Assembly: GCA_030425845.1 (NCBI GenBank) | Contig: JAUHZG010000002.1 | Coordinates: forward strand, 1 to 46,717 | From: Gammaproteobacteria bacterium | GTDB lineage: Bacteria; Pseudomonadota; Gammaproteobacteria; JAUHZG01 | DNA: 46,717 nt | Direction of reading: 5' to 3' | In this document: piece by piece, positions 17,397 to 25,711 of the stretch | How the letters are laid out: the number at the start of each line of letters is the position of its first letter | Position numbering within the stretch: the stretch's first letter is position 1 | Notes under the pieces: generated by a model | The model's database searches: none | The model's input: only the letters and a program-made list of their open reading frames with translations | Told to the model about the DNA's origin: nothing | Translations under genes and position numbers: made by a program

Positions 17397-18863
17397 ATGG
17401 CCATTTCAGCTCCAGAACTTGACAGCAGCGCAACATTCCTCAGCACAAAACACATTGTTCCTGTTCTCAGGAACATCAGTCACGTGCTAGAAGGTTTAAA
17501 CGATTCTCCTGTTCACCTTGCCACTGCATTTGCTCTATCAGCAAACAGTTATGCGGATGATCAGGTTTCGTTTTTACGCTCACAATTAGATACCGGGAAG
17601 CCGACACTTATACCCGTTTCTAACCACCCCTCTCACTGGATTGGGTTCAAGGTCACAAAAACGGGACCTGATTCTTACACCGCTCAATACTACGACTCTA
17701 ATGGCCACTCTGATGCATACAAAGCACGTGCGAAAACACTGCTTGCCGCTTTAACAAGTGCAGCACCAGAGGACATCACTATCGAACAAACAACAGGTAA
17801 AGACGCACAACGTCAAGTTAGCATGACATGTGGCGATCATGTTGCGCGCTGGATGTTGGGTGAAGCAATCGACGCCCTAGAAAAAGCAGGGCTAGACTTA
17901 ACTAGCACACTGGAAGCTTTTGGTAGCCTGGCCGATCCGACCTATGCGGATACTCTAGCCCAGGCACTCAAGTCTTACGCCGCTAACCGTGAGACCAATC
18001 CTCGAGAAGCTTTCAAGCAGCTCTATTTGCTATGTTGTTCAGAAAGAGTCGTACGACTCACAAACCAGTCTAAAACGACAGACACTCCAGAAGAAAGTAC
18101 TGAGGGGGTTCTGGTCACACGTGAACCGACAGCAGAGGTCACAGCGAGACCATTGCCTCAGCCAGAAAAAGAGGCTGCTGGCCCAAGATACACCACAACA
18201 GCTTCAAAGGTTGCTCGCACAGATGATGCCGATGCACAAGCAGCCAGTAAAGATATGGATACAAAGGTACTAGACGTTCCCGAGCGAGCAAACACAACTT
18301 CAGCCCCTAAAGCCATGTCTCACGAGGCATTAGTTAAGATGGCAGATGCAGTAAAAGCAGCAACCGGCAACTTACTTACTGCATATGGGCTGACACAAGC
18401 TCATCCGGCTAGTGATAAAAGCCGAATGACAACAGCTTCTGCGTCCAATATGACTACTTTTAGGCGGCCAGAGAAATCCCTAAATGAGCAAGACTGCGAG
18501 AGCGCCAAAAGCGCTTTCAGGCAAGCCATTCATGCGCTTAGCGAAGCCGTGGACGTCGATGCAAGAGATGCGATGGTAACTCTTTACAACGCAGATCCAC
18601 AAAGCCCGCAGCAAGAACAAGCTGTTTACGACTTCACCCTTGCAGTCAAGTTTGAAGAGTATCTGATGGAAGACGGTCAAGGAGTTACCCTAGAGGAAGA
18701 GAAAGCTGCTTTTGATCACATTCGTAAAGAGATCACTTCAGCTCGCCTCGATAGACGCCGGGCCGCCGCCCATTGCGCCCCACAAGCTCGTGCGGCAAAT
18801 CTAGGCCAAGATGTTCTTAAGTTGCATGGCTCACCTAATGTTCAACTCGTTCCTGTGAGATAA
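17397..18863 (+). CDS. CE-clan (Ulp1/C48-like) cysteine protease domain protein; deubiquitinase/deSUMOylase-type effector candidate
   Basis: IPVSNHPSHW (His80), AQYYDSNG (Asp100) and QRQVSMTCGDHVARW (Gln138/140, Cys145). This is the order and spacing of the Ulp1-fold His-Asp-Gln-Cys. The C-terminal ~300 aa are low-complexity and acidic. Confidence 0.65.
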   Translation: MAISAPELDSSATFLSTKHIVPVLRNISHVLEGLNDSPVHLATAFALSANSYADDQVSFLRSQLDTGKPTLIPVSNHPSHWIGFKVTKTGPDSYTAQYYDSNGHSDAYKARAKTLLAALTSAAPEDITIEQTTGKDAQRQVSMTCGDHVARWMLGEAIDALEKAGLDLTSTLEAFGSLADPTYADTLAQALKSYAANRETNPREAFKQLYLLCCSERVVRLTNQSKTTDTPEESTEGVLVTREPTAEVTARPLPQPEKEAAGPRYTTTASKVARTDDADAQAASKDMDTKVLDVPERANTTSAPKAMSHEALVKMADAVKAATGNLLTAYGLTQAHPASDKSRMTTASASNMTTFRRPEKSLNEQDCESAKSAFRQAIHALSEAVDVDARDAMVTLYNADPQSPQQEQAVYDFTLAVKFEEYLMEDGQGVTLEEEKAAFDHIRKEITSARLDRRRAAAHCAPQARAANLGQDVLKLHGSPNVQLVPVR

Positions 18864-19019
18864 GCTACATAGCTAGCACGGCATATAATGTCCGCCCTTT
18901 CAATCCTTGGGAACTCTTATTCTGAGTAGTGTTTCGCGTGTACCGGTGTAGAGGACGAATGGCTCAAACTTCGTTATCATGTAAACACTGACACCGACTT
19001 GTGGGAGACCGTGATTCAC

Positions 19020-20402
19020 ATGATAGTTTACGACTTTGATCAAGCACAGACGCTACTCACCGAACAGCTTAATCTTAACTTAATCAACACCAAGCAATCA
19101 CCCGATAACTTATCAGCCCGCTTCGAAGGCATCTCCATTGACTCGCGCAAGGTACAACCCGGCAATGCCTATGTCGCTATTAGAGGAGAAAACCACAACG
19201 GTCACGCCTTTATCGCCCAAGCAGTCGAGGCCGGTGCCAGCTTAGTGATAGCAAGTGAAGCACACAATGTCGATGTACCAACACTTTACGTTAACGATAC
19301 AGTAAATGCGCTTGGGATCTTAGCCAAGGCGTGGCTCAAACACTGTGATGTACCGGTGCTCGCGATCACAGGCTCACACGGCAAAACCAGTACGCGAGAG
19401 ATCCTCACCCAAATATGCCAAGCCCACTTTGGAGCAGAGTTTGTGTTACATCCCGAACGCAACTATAACAATGCAATAGGGGTACCACTGACCCTATTTC
19501 GTCTAAAGCCCTCCCACCAAGTCGCCGTGATCGAAATGGGGATGAGCGGCTTTGGTGAAATCGACAGCCTCTCCCAGATGTGTGAGCCTTTAGCCGCGAC
19601 GGTCACCAATGTAAACCCTGTCCACGTCAAAGAGTTAGGTTCAGTGGATAATATTGCCAAAGCCAAAGGCGAAATTTTCCGTTGGATACAACCACACGGT
19701 AGCGCTGTGATTAATGCCGATGACAACTATGCCGACTACTGGCGCTCACTCATTCAGTGTGACACGCTGATCACGGTAGGCATGGATGACAAAAGTCGAA
19801 GCTATGACATAAGTGCCTGTGACTACTCACCCAGCACGTCGCGGTTTACTTTACTGATCCAAGGCGAAGAATACCCTGTCCACCTGCAACTACAAGGTGA
19901 GCACAGTGTCCGAAATGCTTTAGCCGCTGCTGCCCTTGCGACGGCGTGTGACATCCCTGCCCCCACAATTGTGAAAGGCATCGAGACAACACAACCCTTT
20001 ACTGGCCGCTTATCAGTACACAGACATGCCAGTGGCGCCCTCTTGATTGATGATACTTATAACGCAGCTCCAGCTTCAGTTCACGCCGCAGCTGATTGTC
20101 TAGCGAATTATTCAGGAAAACGGATCTTCGTATTAGGTGACATGAAAGATTTAGGCCCTGACGAAATAGTCTTACATCAACAAACCGGCAAATACCTCAA
20201 AGCCAAAGGGATAGAGCAGCTACTGACTCTGGGCGAATTAGCCGCGCATGCTGCGATGAGTTTTGGTGACAATGCTAAGACATTTGACTCACATGAAGCG
20301 ATTGCAAGCTTCCTTGGTGACACGCTAGATAGTCATACGGTGATTTTAGCGAAAGGATCACGATCAATGCAGATGGAAAAAATCCTAAAGCCGTTTTTGT
20401 AA
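19020..20402 (+). CDS. murF: UDP-N-acetylmuramoyl-tripeptide--D-alanyl-D-alanine ligase
   Basis: ITGSHGKTSTRE P-loop, Mur-ligase middle and C-terminal domains (DDTYNAAPAS, GDMKDLG). The start is taken at the ATG at 19020; the track start at 18999 is a TTG. Confidence 0.85.
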   Translation: MIVYDFDQAQTLLTEQLNLNLINTKQSPDNLSARFEGISIDSRKVQPGNAYVAIRGENHNGHAFIAQAVEAGASLVIASEAHNVDVPTLYVNDTVNALGILAKAWLKHCDVPVLAITGSHGKTSTREILTQICQAHFGAEFVLHPERNYNNAIGVPLTLFRLKPSHQVAVIEMGMSGFGEIDSLSQMCEPLAATVTNVNPVHVKELGSVDNIAKAKGEIFRWIQPHGSAVINADDNYADYWRSLIQCDTLITVGMDDKSRSYDISACDYSPSTSRFTLLIQGEEYPVHLQLQGEHSVRNALAAAALATACDIPAPTIVKGIETTQPFTGRLSVHRHASGALLIDDTYNAAPASVHAAADCLANYSGKRIFVLGDMKDLGPDEIVLHQQTGKYLKAKGIEQLLTLGELAAHAAMSFGDNAKTFDSHEAIASFLGDTLDSHTVILAKGSRSMQMEKILKPFL

Positions 20403-20454
20403 GTTTTACTTAACACCGCGCTTTAAGATTTCATGCAACTTAAAAATCGCTTGC

Positions 20455-20633
20455 CGATTATAATCCTAGAAACGGCAGTTGGTTCACCCATTCTAGCGCA
20501 ACATCTTGATTCATCTAGCATTACAAAAAAGTCTTCATCACCAACAATGTGACTTCAGTTTTTTTTGAAAAGCTATCTAAATCAATCTGTTACCCTAGAA
20601 ATGTGCGCCCAACTACCGTTTCTAGGATAATCG
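20455..20633. mobile_element. 179-bp MITE-like element with ~25-bp terminal inverted repeats
   Basis: The left end is CGATTATAATCCTAGAAACGGCAGTTGG (20455..20482). The reverse complement of the right end (20609..20633) is CGATTATCCTAGAAACGGTAGTTGG. Each end also folds on itself (CTAGAA...TTCTAG). A related solo unit lies at 29104..29146. Confidence 0.5.
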
Positions 20634-20638
20634 CGATT

Positions 20639-21052
20639 TTACCTTTTTGGTAATAGCACCTGCAGTGGCTCACCAAACTCCTTTAGATACAGCGCTTTGG
20701 TCCTAGCAAACAGTGGGGCCAAACGAGCTAATTCTTCTGAGTCATCAGGTGAGCTAGGTGTGTGATGTAGATAGCGACCCGCCAAGCGTTGACAATCAGC
20801 CATGTAACGTTTGGTGTGTAAGATGTGATTGTGCCAAAACTCATCTATCTCACGAGTCGGCACAAGCGTTTCATCAGGATAATGGACCATTAACCACAAA
20901 AAGTTTTTATAAAGCTGTTCGCATTGTGCGGCTTGTGCCGCTTGCCAGCGAGGAAGAGGATAATGCTTCGAACACATCGCCTGCGCGATATCAGAGAGAT
21001 CTAACGCCTCAACCACCTCCTGCAGACTATGCTCATGCGCTAACGTGCTCAT
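20639..21052 (-). CDS. DUF1399 / glycine-rich-domain-containing-protein-like (GRDP-like) protein, 137 aa
   Basis: The motif EIDEFWHNHILHTKRYMADCQRLAGRYLHH matches the family signature (D..WH.HiL.t..Y...C) as I recall it. I prefer the ATG at 21052, which overlaps the upstream peptide's stop as ATGA; the track start at 21091 is the alternative. Confidence 0.6.
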   Translation of the reverse strand: MSTLAHEHSLQEVVEALDLSDIAQAMCSKHYPLPRWQAAQAAQCEQLYKNFLWLMVHYPDETLVPTREIDEFWHNHILHTKRYMADCQRLAGRYLHHTPSSPDDSEELARLAPLFARTKALYLKEFGEPLQVLLPKR

Positions 21053-21204
21053 TGATTCATGCAAGTCCCGCTCTGGCAGGAACCTGAACAACCTGCAGCG
21101 GCTTGTACTTCTGGCGTATCGACGCTGACAAAGTCACCTTCACGTGTTTGTTCGCAGCCAGTGCCAAATAATTCTTGCACAAGTTGGTTTTGTTCATTAC
21201 TCAT
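21049..21204 (-). CDS. Unannotated 51-aa Cys-rich peptide
   Basis: The minus strand encodes MSNEQNQLVQELFGTGCEQTREGDFVSVDTPEVQAAAGCSGSCQSGTCMNQ*. AAGGA lies 6 nt upstream of the ATG. The TGA stop overlaps the next gene's ATG. It is below the ORF-track length cut-off. Confidence 0.5.
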   Translation of the reverse strand: MSNEQNQLVQELFGTGCEQTREGDFVSVDTPEVQAAAGCSGSCQSGTCMNQ

Positions 21205-21238
21205 GTTGGTTCCTTTTCGTTTGTGTTACGCTGCGCAC

Positions 21239-21841
21239 ATGATAGCAAAAAGCTCTTTCACAGTCAGCCTAGCGTTGCACCTGTTGGTGTTGTCACTTTT
21301 TGCCCTTTCGTTATCTCCTCTCCCCTCATACCGTCTCACGGGTCATCAAACTTATATTAATGCGGCAGCTGTGAAATACTCTCCTAAACCCGTAGGGGAA
21401 ATTAGCCCGCCACGGCGTAATCCACCCAAAACCCACTCCTCTCTCACCTTACCCAAACATGTGACCAAACCCATAGGGGGGATTAGCCCGCCACGGCGTA
21501 ATCCACCAAAAAACTCGCCCTCTCCCCAATCGACCAAACACAACGCCACCCGCACCAGCGCGCTCGTCGCCTACCTCGCCCAACAGCTTGCCGCACATCA
21601 ACAACCCCCTTTTGAGTATGACATTTCAACGACCAGTAAAATCACTGTAGGATTTACGCTTGCCCCAAGTGGCGAGGTTAGCCAGTTACACATTGTTCAA
21701 ACCCAAGGCGATGCCAGTCTTGCCAGTAGTGCCCTGGCCACCGTGACCGCCGCAGCGCCGTTTCGCCAAGCTCACCGCTTTATCACTATGCCCAAACACA
21801 TTGTCTTACCTATCTTGTATGACAACCGTGGGGAGTTATGA
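21239..21841 (+). CDS. TonB-family energy transducer-like protein
   Basis: N-terminal anchor SFTVSLALHLLVLSLFALSL, a Pro-rich spacer, and a C-terminal ITVGFTLAPSGEVSQLHIVQTQGDASLASSALATVTAAAPF resembling the TonB C-domain. The track's N-terminal extension from 21059 overlaps the peptide gene and is rejected. Confidence 0.55.
   Translation: MIAKSSFTVSLALHLLVLSLFALSLSPLPSYRLTGHQTYINAAAVKYSPKPVGEISPPRRNPPKTHSSLTLPKHVTKPIGGISPPRRNPPKNSPSPQSTKHNATRTSALVAYLAQQLAAHQQPPFEYDISTTSKITVGFTLAPSGEVSQLHIVQTQGDASLASSALATVTAAAPFRQAHRFITMPKHIVLPILYDNRGEL
21386..21514 (+). repeat. Two ~47-bp REP-like palindromic units, 81 bp apart, in frame inside the TonB-like gene
   Basis: Unit 1 is AAACCCGTAGGGGAAATTAGCCCGCCACGGCGTAATCCACCCAAAAC (21386..21432). 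Unit 2 is AAACCCATAGGGGGGATTAGCCCGCCACGGCGTAATCCACCAAAAAAC (21467..21514). Each contains the hairpin GGATTAGCC/GGCGTAATCC and encodes KP[VI]G[EG]ISPPRRNPPK. Confidence 0.6.
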
Positions 21842-21878
21842 TAGTTTTCTTTTAATATAGACGTGACAAGGAGCAAAC

Positions 21879-22373
21879 ATGAGTGAAATCAAAGTAGGTA
21901 TTGTGATGGGTTCACAAAGCGATTGGGCAACGATGAAAGCCGCCGCTGATAAACTCACCGATCTTGATGTTAGCTTTGAAACCGAAATCGTCTCCGCTCA
22001 CCGCACCCCAGACAAACTTTTTCACTATGCCGAGACCGCGACCGAGCGTGAGCTCAAAGTCATTATCGCCGGTGCGGGCGGTGCCGCCCACTTACCCGGT
22101 ATGCTAGCAGCAAAGACCCACATTCCAGTGATTGGTGTTCCCGTACAGTCGCAAGCATTAAATGGTTTAGATTCGTTGCTTTCTATCGTGCAAATGCCTA
22201 GCGGGGTACCGGTTGCCACGGTTGCTATTGGACGCACCGGGGCAACCAACGCGGCATTACTCGCTGCAAGCATCTTAAGCCTATCAGATGAAGCACTGTG
22301 TGAACGCTTACAACAATACCGCGCCACTCAAACCGAAAGTGTGTTAAACAACCCAACCCCTAGAGATGAGTAA
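21879..22373 (+). CDS. purE: N5-carboxyaminoimidazole ribonucleotide mutase
   Basis: [11 protein letters not shown]...SAHRTPDKL...[14 protein letters not shown]. It is followed by purK with an 8-nt overlap. Confidence 0.9.
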   Translation: MSEIKVGIVMGSQSDWATMKAAADKLTDLDVSFETEIVSAHRTPDKLFHYAETATERELKVIIAGAGGAAHLPGMLAAKTHIPVIGVPVQSQALNGLDSLLSIVQMPSGVPVATVAIGRTGATNAALLAASILSLSDEALCERLQQYRATQTESVLNNPTPRDE

Positions 22374-23454
22374 ATCCACGGTAGGGTTATTAGGTGGCGG
22401 CCAATTAGCGATGATGCTCGCCCAAGCCGCCGTGCCACTTGGGATCAAAACCCTGTGTATCGAGTCACAGCACGCATCTCCAGCAAGTCATTACACAGAC
22501 GTGTGGGTCGCCGAAACCTTAGACGAAGCCCTTATTGATAAACTCATTAACACCTGTGACGTGATCACTCTTGAAAACGAAAATGTCGCCAGCGCAATCG
22601 CCTCTCAAATCGAGTCCGTAGGTAAACTTGCCCCCGGAACAACGGCGCTTAACACCAGTGCCGATAGACTAGTTGAAAAAGAATTTATCAATGCGCAAGG
22701 GATTGCTACAGCACCGTTTGTCGCAATCAGTCACGCGCAAGATCTGGCAAAAGCTGCTGACGAACTAGGTTTTCCTTTTTTGGTCAAAACCAGACGCTTT
22801 GGTTATGACGGTAAAGGACAAAGCAAAATAAGCAATAACGAACAATTAGCGACATTTATCCGTGATTACGATGGGTCCCCCAGTGTCGCCGAGGGGCTAG
22901 TCGACTTTGATTGCGAAGTCTCCCTCATTGCAGCACGCAATCCACAAGGAGAATGTGTTTACTATCCACTGGTACAAAACGAGCATCGTGAAGGGATCTT
23001 GCGCGTCTCTCACGCACCACATGACAATACGTTACTTAGCGATAAAGCCCAAGCACTCATGCAAACATTACTAAAGGCACTCGCGTATGTTGGCGTATTA
23101 ACCATAGAGTTTTTTGTTTGTGGTGAAACCTTAGTGATCAATGAAATTGCACCGCGCGTGCACAACTCGGGTCATTGGACCATCGAAGGTGCGCACACCA
23201 GTCAATTTGAAAATCACTTGCGCGCAGTGTGTGGTCTTCCCTTAGGAAGCGCAAAGGCTAAAGGCTATAGCGCGATGATCAATTGCATCGGTACCCTGCC
23301 CTCGCCAAGCGTAGTGGCTGACGAGCCGTTGGCGCACTTGCATGATTACCACAAAAGTGCGCGACCTAACCGTAAAGTTGGCCATATAACTGTCAATGGT
23401 GAGGACAAAGGGCAAGTGGATGAGGTGACAAAGCGCTTGCGCGCACTTGTGTGA
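22366..23454 (+). CDS. purK: N5-carboxyaminoimidazole ribonucleotide synthase (ATP-grasp)
   Basis: [27 protein letters not shown] and [14 protein letters not shown]. Confidence 0.9.
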   Translation: MSKSTVGLLGGGQLAMMLAQAAVPLGIKTLCIESQHASPASHYTDVWVAETLDEALIDKLINTCDVITLENENVASAIASQIESVGKLAPGTTALNTSADRLVEKEFINAQGIATAPFVAISHAQDLAKAADELGFPFLVKTRRFGYDGKGQSKISNNEQLATFIRDYDGSPSVAEGLVDFDCEVSLIAARNPQGECVYYPLVQNEHREGILRVSHAPHDNTLLSDKAQALMQTLLKALAYVGVLTIEFFVCGETLVINEIAPRVHNSGHWTIEGAHTSQFENHLRAVCGLPLGSAKAKGYSAMINCIGTLPSPSVVADEPLAHLHDYHKSARPNRKVGHITVNGEDKGQVDEVTKRLRALV

Positions 23455-23763
23455 GAAGGCAGTTGCCATGGCTAGGCCTCTGAACTATCAATGGTTAGGA
23501 CCGCTGGCCTAAATTCTGTCATCTGTCGGCTTGACCGAAGGATCCAATCGAATCAAGGGAGATTAACACGCAGCACGTAGTCCACCATTTTTTGATTGGA
23601 TAGTCCGCTCAAGCCTGACTATGACAAAACGGTTAGCAAAACCATCCCATGTCCAGTGCAAAACACAGTGACCACTCCTCCCCCACAAAAGGTGCATCTT
23701 ACCTACAATACTGTCATAATCGAACGGATTGGAACTATCACAAAGAGAGGGAGTCAATTCGTC

Positions 23764-25326
23764 ATGCGTAAAACCTTAGGAAGTCTATCCATCCTTATAC
23801 TGCTCGTCATCGTTGGCGGTCCGTTTGGGGTAAGCTATTTCAACAAAACGCAATTTAACAAAAGCGTAGAACAAATCAATAAGCTGCCCAACCTCAACAT
23901 GAAGGTTGAATCTTATAACATGGGCTGGCTAGAGTCTCACTTCAAATTACGTTTTACCTTCACTGCACCCGGGCTAAAGGACGTTATGCGTCAGCTGCAT
24001 ATTCCAGGCAAACCTGAGCTCATCGTAGACGGTGTTGTTCACAATGGCCCTATCATTTTCGGTAAGCAAGGTAACCAGTTTGCAGCAGCCAAAATTGACG
24101 CCAGCTATCGTCTTGGAGAGAAAGCACAACGTAGTATCGCCGCTTATGTGGGTAGCCAAGAATTAATGCAATCCACTACACTGGTTGATTTCGATAAAAA
24201 CGTACAAACCAAATTCAAATCCACCGCGGTAAACTATACCAACCCTAAAACGCGATTAACTTACACGTGGAATGGGATAAAAGGCGTTGAGAAAACGACA
24301 CTTGCGATGAAGAAATTCTTAGAGAACTTCACCGTCGGCAAATTCGATATGACTCACAAAGATTTTCATCTACAAGTTACACCGATGACAGTGAGTGCCA
24401 CACTTCACCGTTCGAACAATAATTTCTGGTACGGTGACTCTAAACTATCACTAGATAAAGTACTGGCGCATTTCCGCAATGAGCAGCAAATGACTCTAGA
24501 CAATATCATTGTCACGCAAAAACAAGCCATCGATAACGGCAAGCTTAACTCTCGCCTAACCTACACCATCGCGAAGATCTTAGCGGGTCCTTACAGTGCA
24601 GGTCCTGGTAAATTTGATATCGAAGTGAATGGGTTAGATGCTAAATCACTTGAAGAAGCTAACAAACAAATTAACAATTTCTTCAAAAATAACCCTAACG
24701 TCTACAAAAACAAAAGTGCCTTGGCACGTATGCAACGTGAAATTCTACAGACTTACACCACTATCTTGTCTAGTGGAGTCAACTTAAACTTACATACGCT
24801 TAGTGTGACATTGCCACAAGGATTAGTCGAAGCTAAAGGAAATATTAAATTAGCCAGCTTCAATCCAAAGCAGATGCCTCTTCCAGTCGCCATCATGCAT
24901 AAAACGAATGCGGCGATGACATTTGAGGTGCCTGTGGACTTAGCGCAGCAAGGATTAATAGGTTACTTTAGCCGACAATTTAAGCGTAAAGCACTTAAAG
25001 ATAAAAACCTTGCCGTACTCAACCCAAGTCAGCAAGCCAAACTCATTCAACATCAAACGTTTGAGCAAGTGCAAACTTGGATCAAGCAAGGGTTATTGCA
25101 GGTCAAGGGGACTAGCTACCTCTTCCATTTAACCTTCCCACCGAAGGTCATGCCAAAGATGGTACCGCTACCTACAGAGCACGTGCCGAATAGCACAGAC
25201 AAAGCAACTAGCAACCCTAAACAAAATATGAAACAAATCAATCCGATTTTGATTAAGCCGAATCATGCGCCTAAGCATAAGCAATTAATTCACCCGCTTA
25301 ATACTATCTCCCACCCCAATCAGTAA
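23764..25326 (+). CDS. YdgA-like (DUF945) membrane-anchored protein with a low-complexity C-terminal tail
   Basis: N-terminal anchor LSILILLVIVGGPFGVSYF. Length and architecture resemble E. coli YdgA (e.g. VVHNGPIIFG vs VDHGPFPL, from memory). The start could instead be the TTG at 23596. Confidence 0.45.
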   Translation: MRKTLGSLSILILLVIVGGPFGVSYFNKTQFNKSVEQINKLPNLNMKVESYNMGWLESHFKLRFTFTAPGLKDVMRQLHIPGKPELIVDGVVHNGPIIFGKQGNQFAAAKIDASYRLGEKAQRSIAAYVGSQELMQSTTLVDFDKNVQTKFKSTAVNYTNPKTRLTYTWNGIKGVEKTTLAMKKFLENFTVGKFDMTHKDFHLQVTPMTVSATLHRSNNNFWYGDSKLSLDKVLAHFRNEQQMTLDNIIVTQKQAIDNGKLNSRLTYTIAKILAGPYSAGPGKFDIEVNGLDAKSLEEANKQINNFFKNNPNVYKNKSALARMQREILQTYTTILSSGVNLNLHTLSVTLPQGLVEAKGNIKLASFNPKQMPLPVAIMHKTNAAMTFEVPVDLAQQGLIGYFSRQFKRKALKDKNLAVLNPSQQAKLIQHQTFEQVQTWIKQGLLQVKGTSYLFHLTFPPKVMPKMVPLPTEHVPNSTDKATSNPKQNMKQINPILIKPNHAPKHKQLIHPLNTISHPNQ

Positions 25327-25338
25327 AACCACACCGCT

Positions 25339-25373
25339 GCCGCAGTGAAGTCTCTTTAGAGATTCATTGCGGC
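25339..25373. terminator. Hairpin between convergent genes
   Basis: GCCGCAGTGAAGTCTCT-TT-AGAGATTCATTGCGGC followed by TTT. It lies between the YdgA-like stop and the stop of the small membrane protein gene. Confidence 0.4.
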
Positions 25374-25374
25374 T

Positions 25375-25647
25375 TTAAGCGTCTAGCTGCCCCACAGCGC
25401 GTTGCCTTTTAAGAGAACGAAAAATCCCGGCAATACTAATGATGATCCAGGCAATTTCAATGATGACCGACGCAAGATTCCAATGATAAAACAACGAATA
25501 CAATATCATGGCTGCGCCAACAAGATTTAGCATGGAATAAGAAACAGAATTAGAGTTCATCTTTTCAAACTGCAGCAAGAAATATGCAATTAGAATCAAA
25601 GTTACCCCAACAATACCCACTATGTCTGCAAAAATCCCAATGGTCAT
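25375..25647 (-). CDS. Small three-helix membrane protein (90 aa)
   Basis: Three hydrophobic helices and a basic C-terminus. I assign no family with confidence. Confidence 0.55.
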   Translation of the reverse strand: MTIGIFADIVGIVGVTLILIAYFLLQFEKMNSNSVSYSMLNLVGAAMILYSLFYHWNLASVIIEIAWIIISIAGIFRSLKRQRAVGQLDA

Positions 25648-25711
25648 TTCTTACCCTTTTCTTGATGAACTTGAGGCGCGATTGTGGCGAATTTTAAACG
25701 AAAACTCAAGT

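Noticed and set aside
21059-21238. The track's 60-codon N-terminal extension of the TonB-like ORF
   Set aside because: It overlaps the peptide gene on the opposite strand and is Cys/Ser/Pro-rich with no membrane anchor. The ATG at 21239 gives the canonical TonB N-terminal anchor.
21352-21555. 67-aa minus-strand ORF with repeated GGLRRGGLI segments
   Set aside because: It is the antisense reading of the two REP-like units inside the TonB-like gene. The internal repeat comes from the DNA repeat and is not evidence of coding.
23455-23763. The 300-bp purK-to-ydgA-like spacer, inspected for an ncRNA. It contains partial REP-like hairpins (GGTTAGGACCGCTGGCCTAA; TCGGCTTGACCGA) and track ORFs 23563..23757(-) and 23596..23763(+)
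   Set aside because: I recognise no RNA-family signature and see no convincing promoter/terminator pair. The ORFs lack SDs and family motifs. I leave it as an unexplained spacer.
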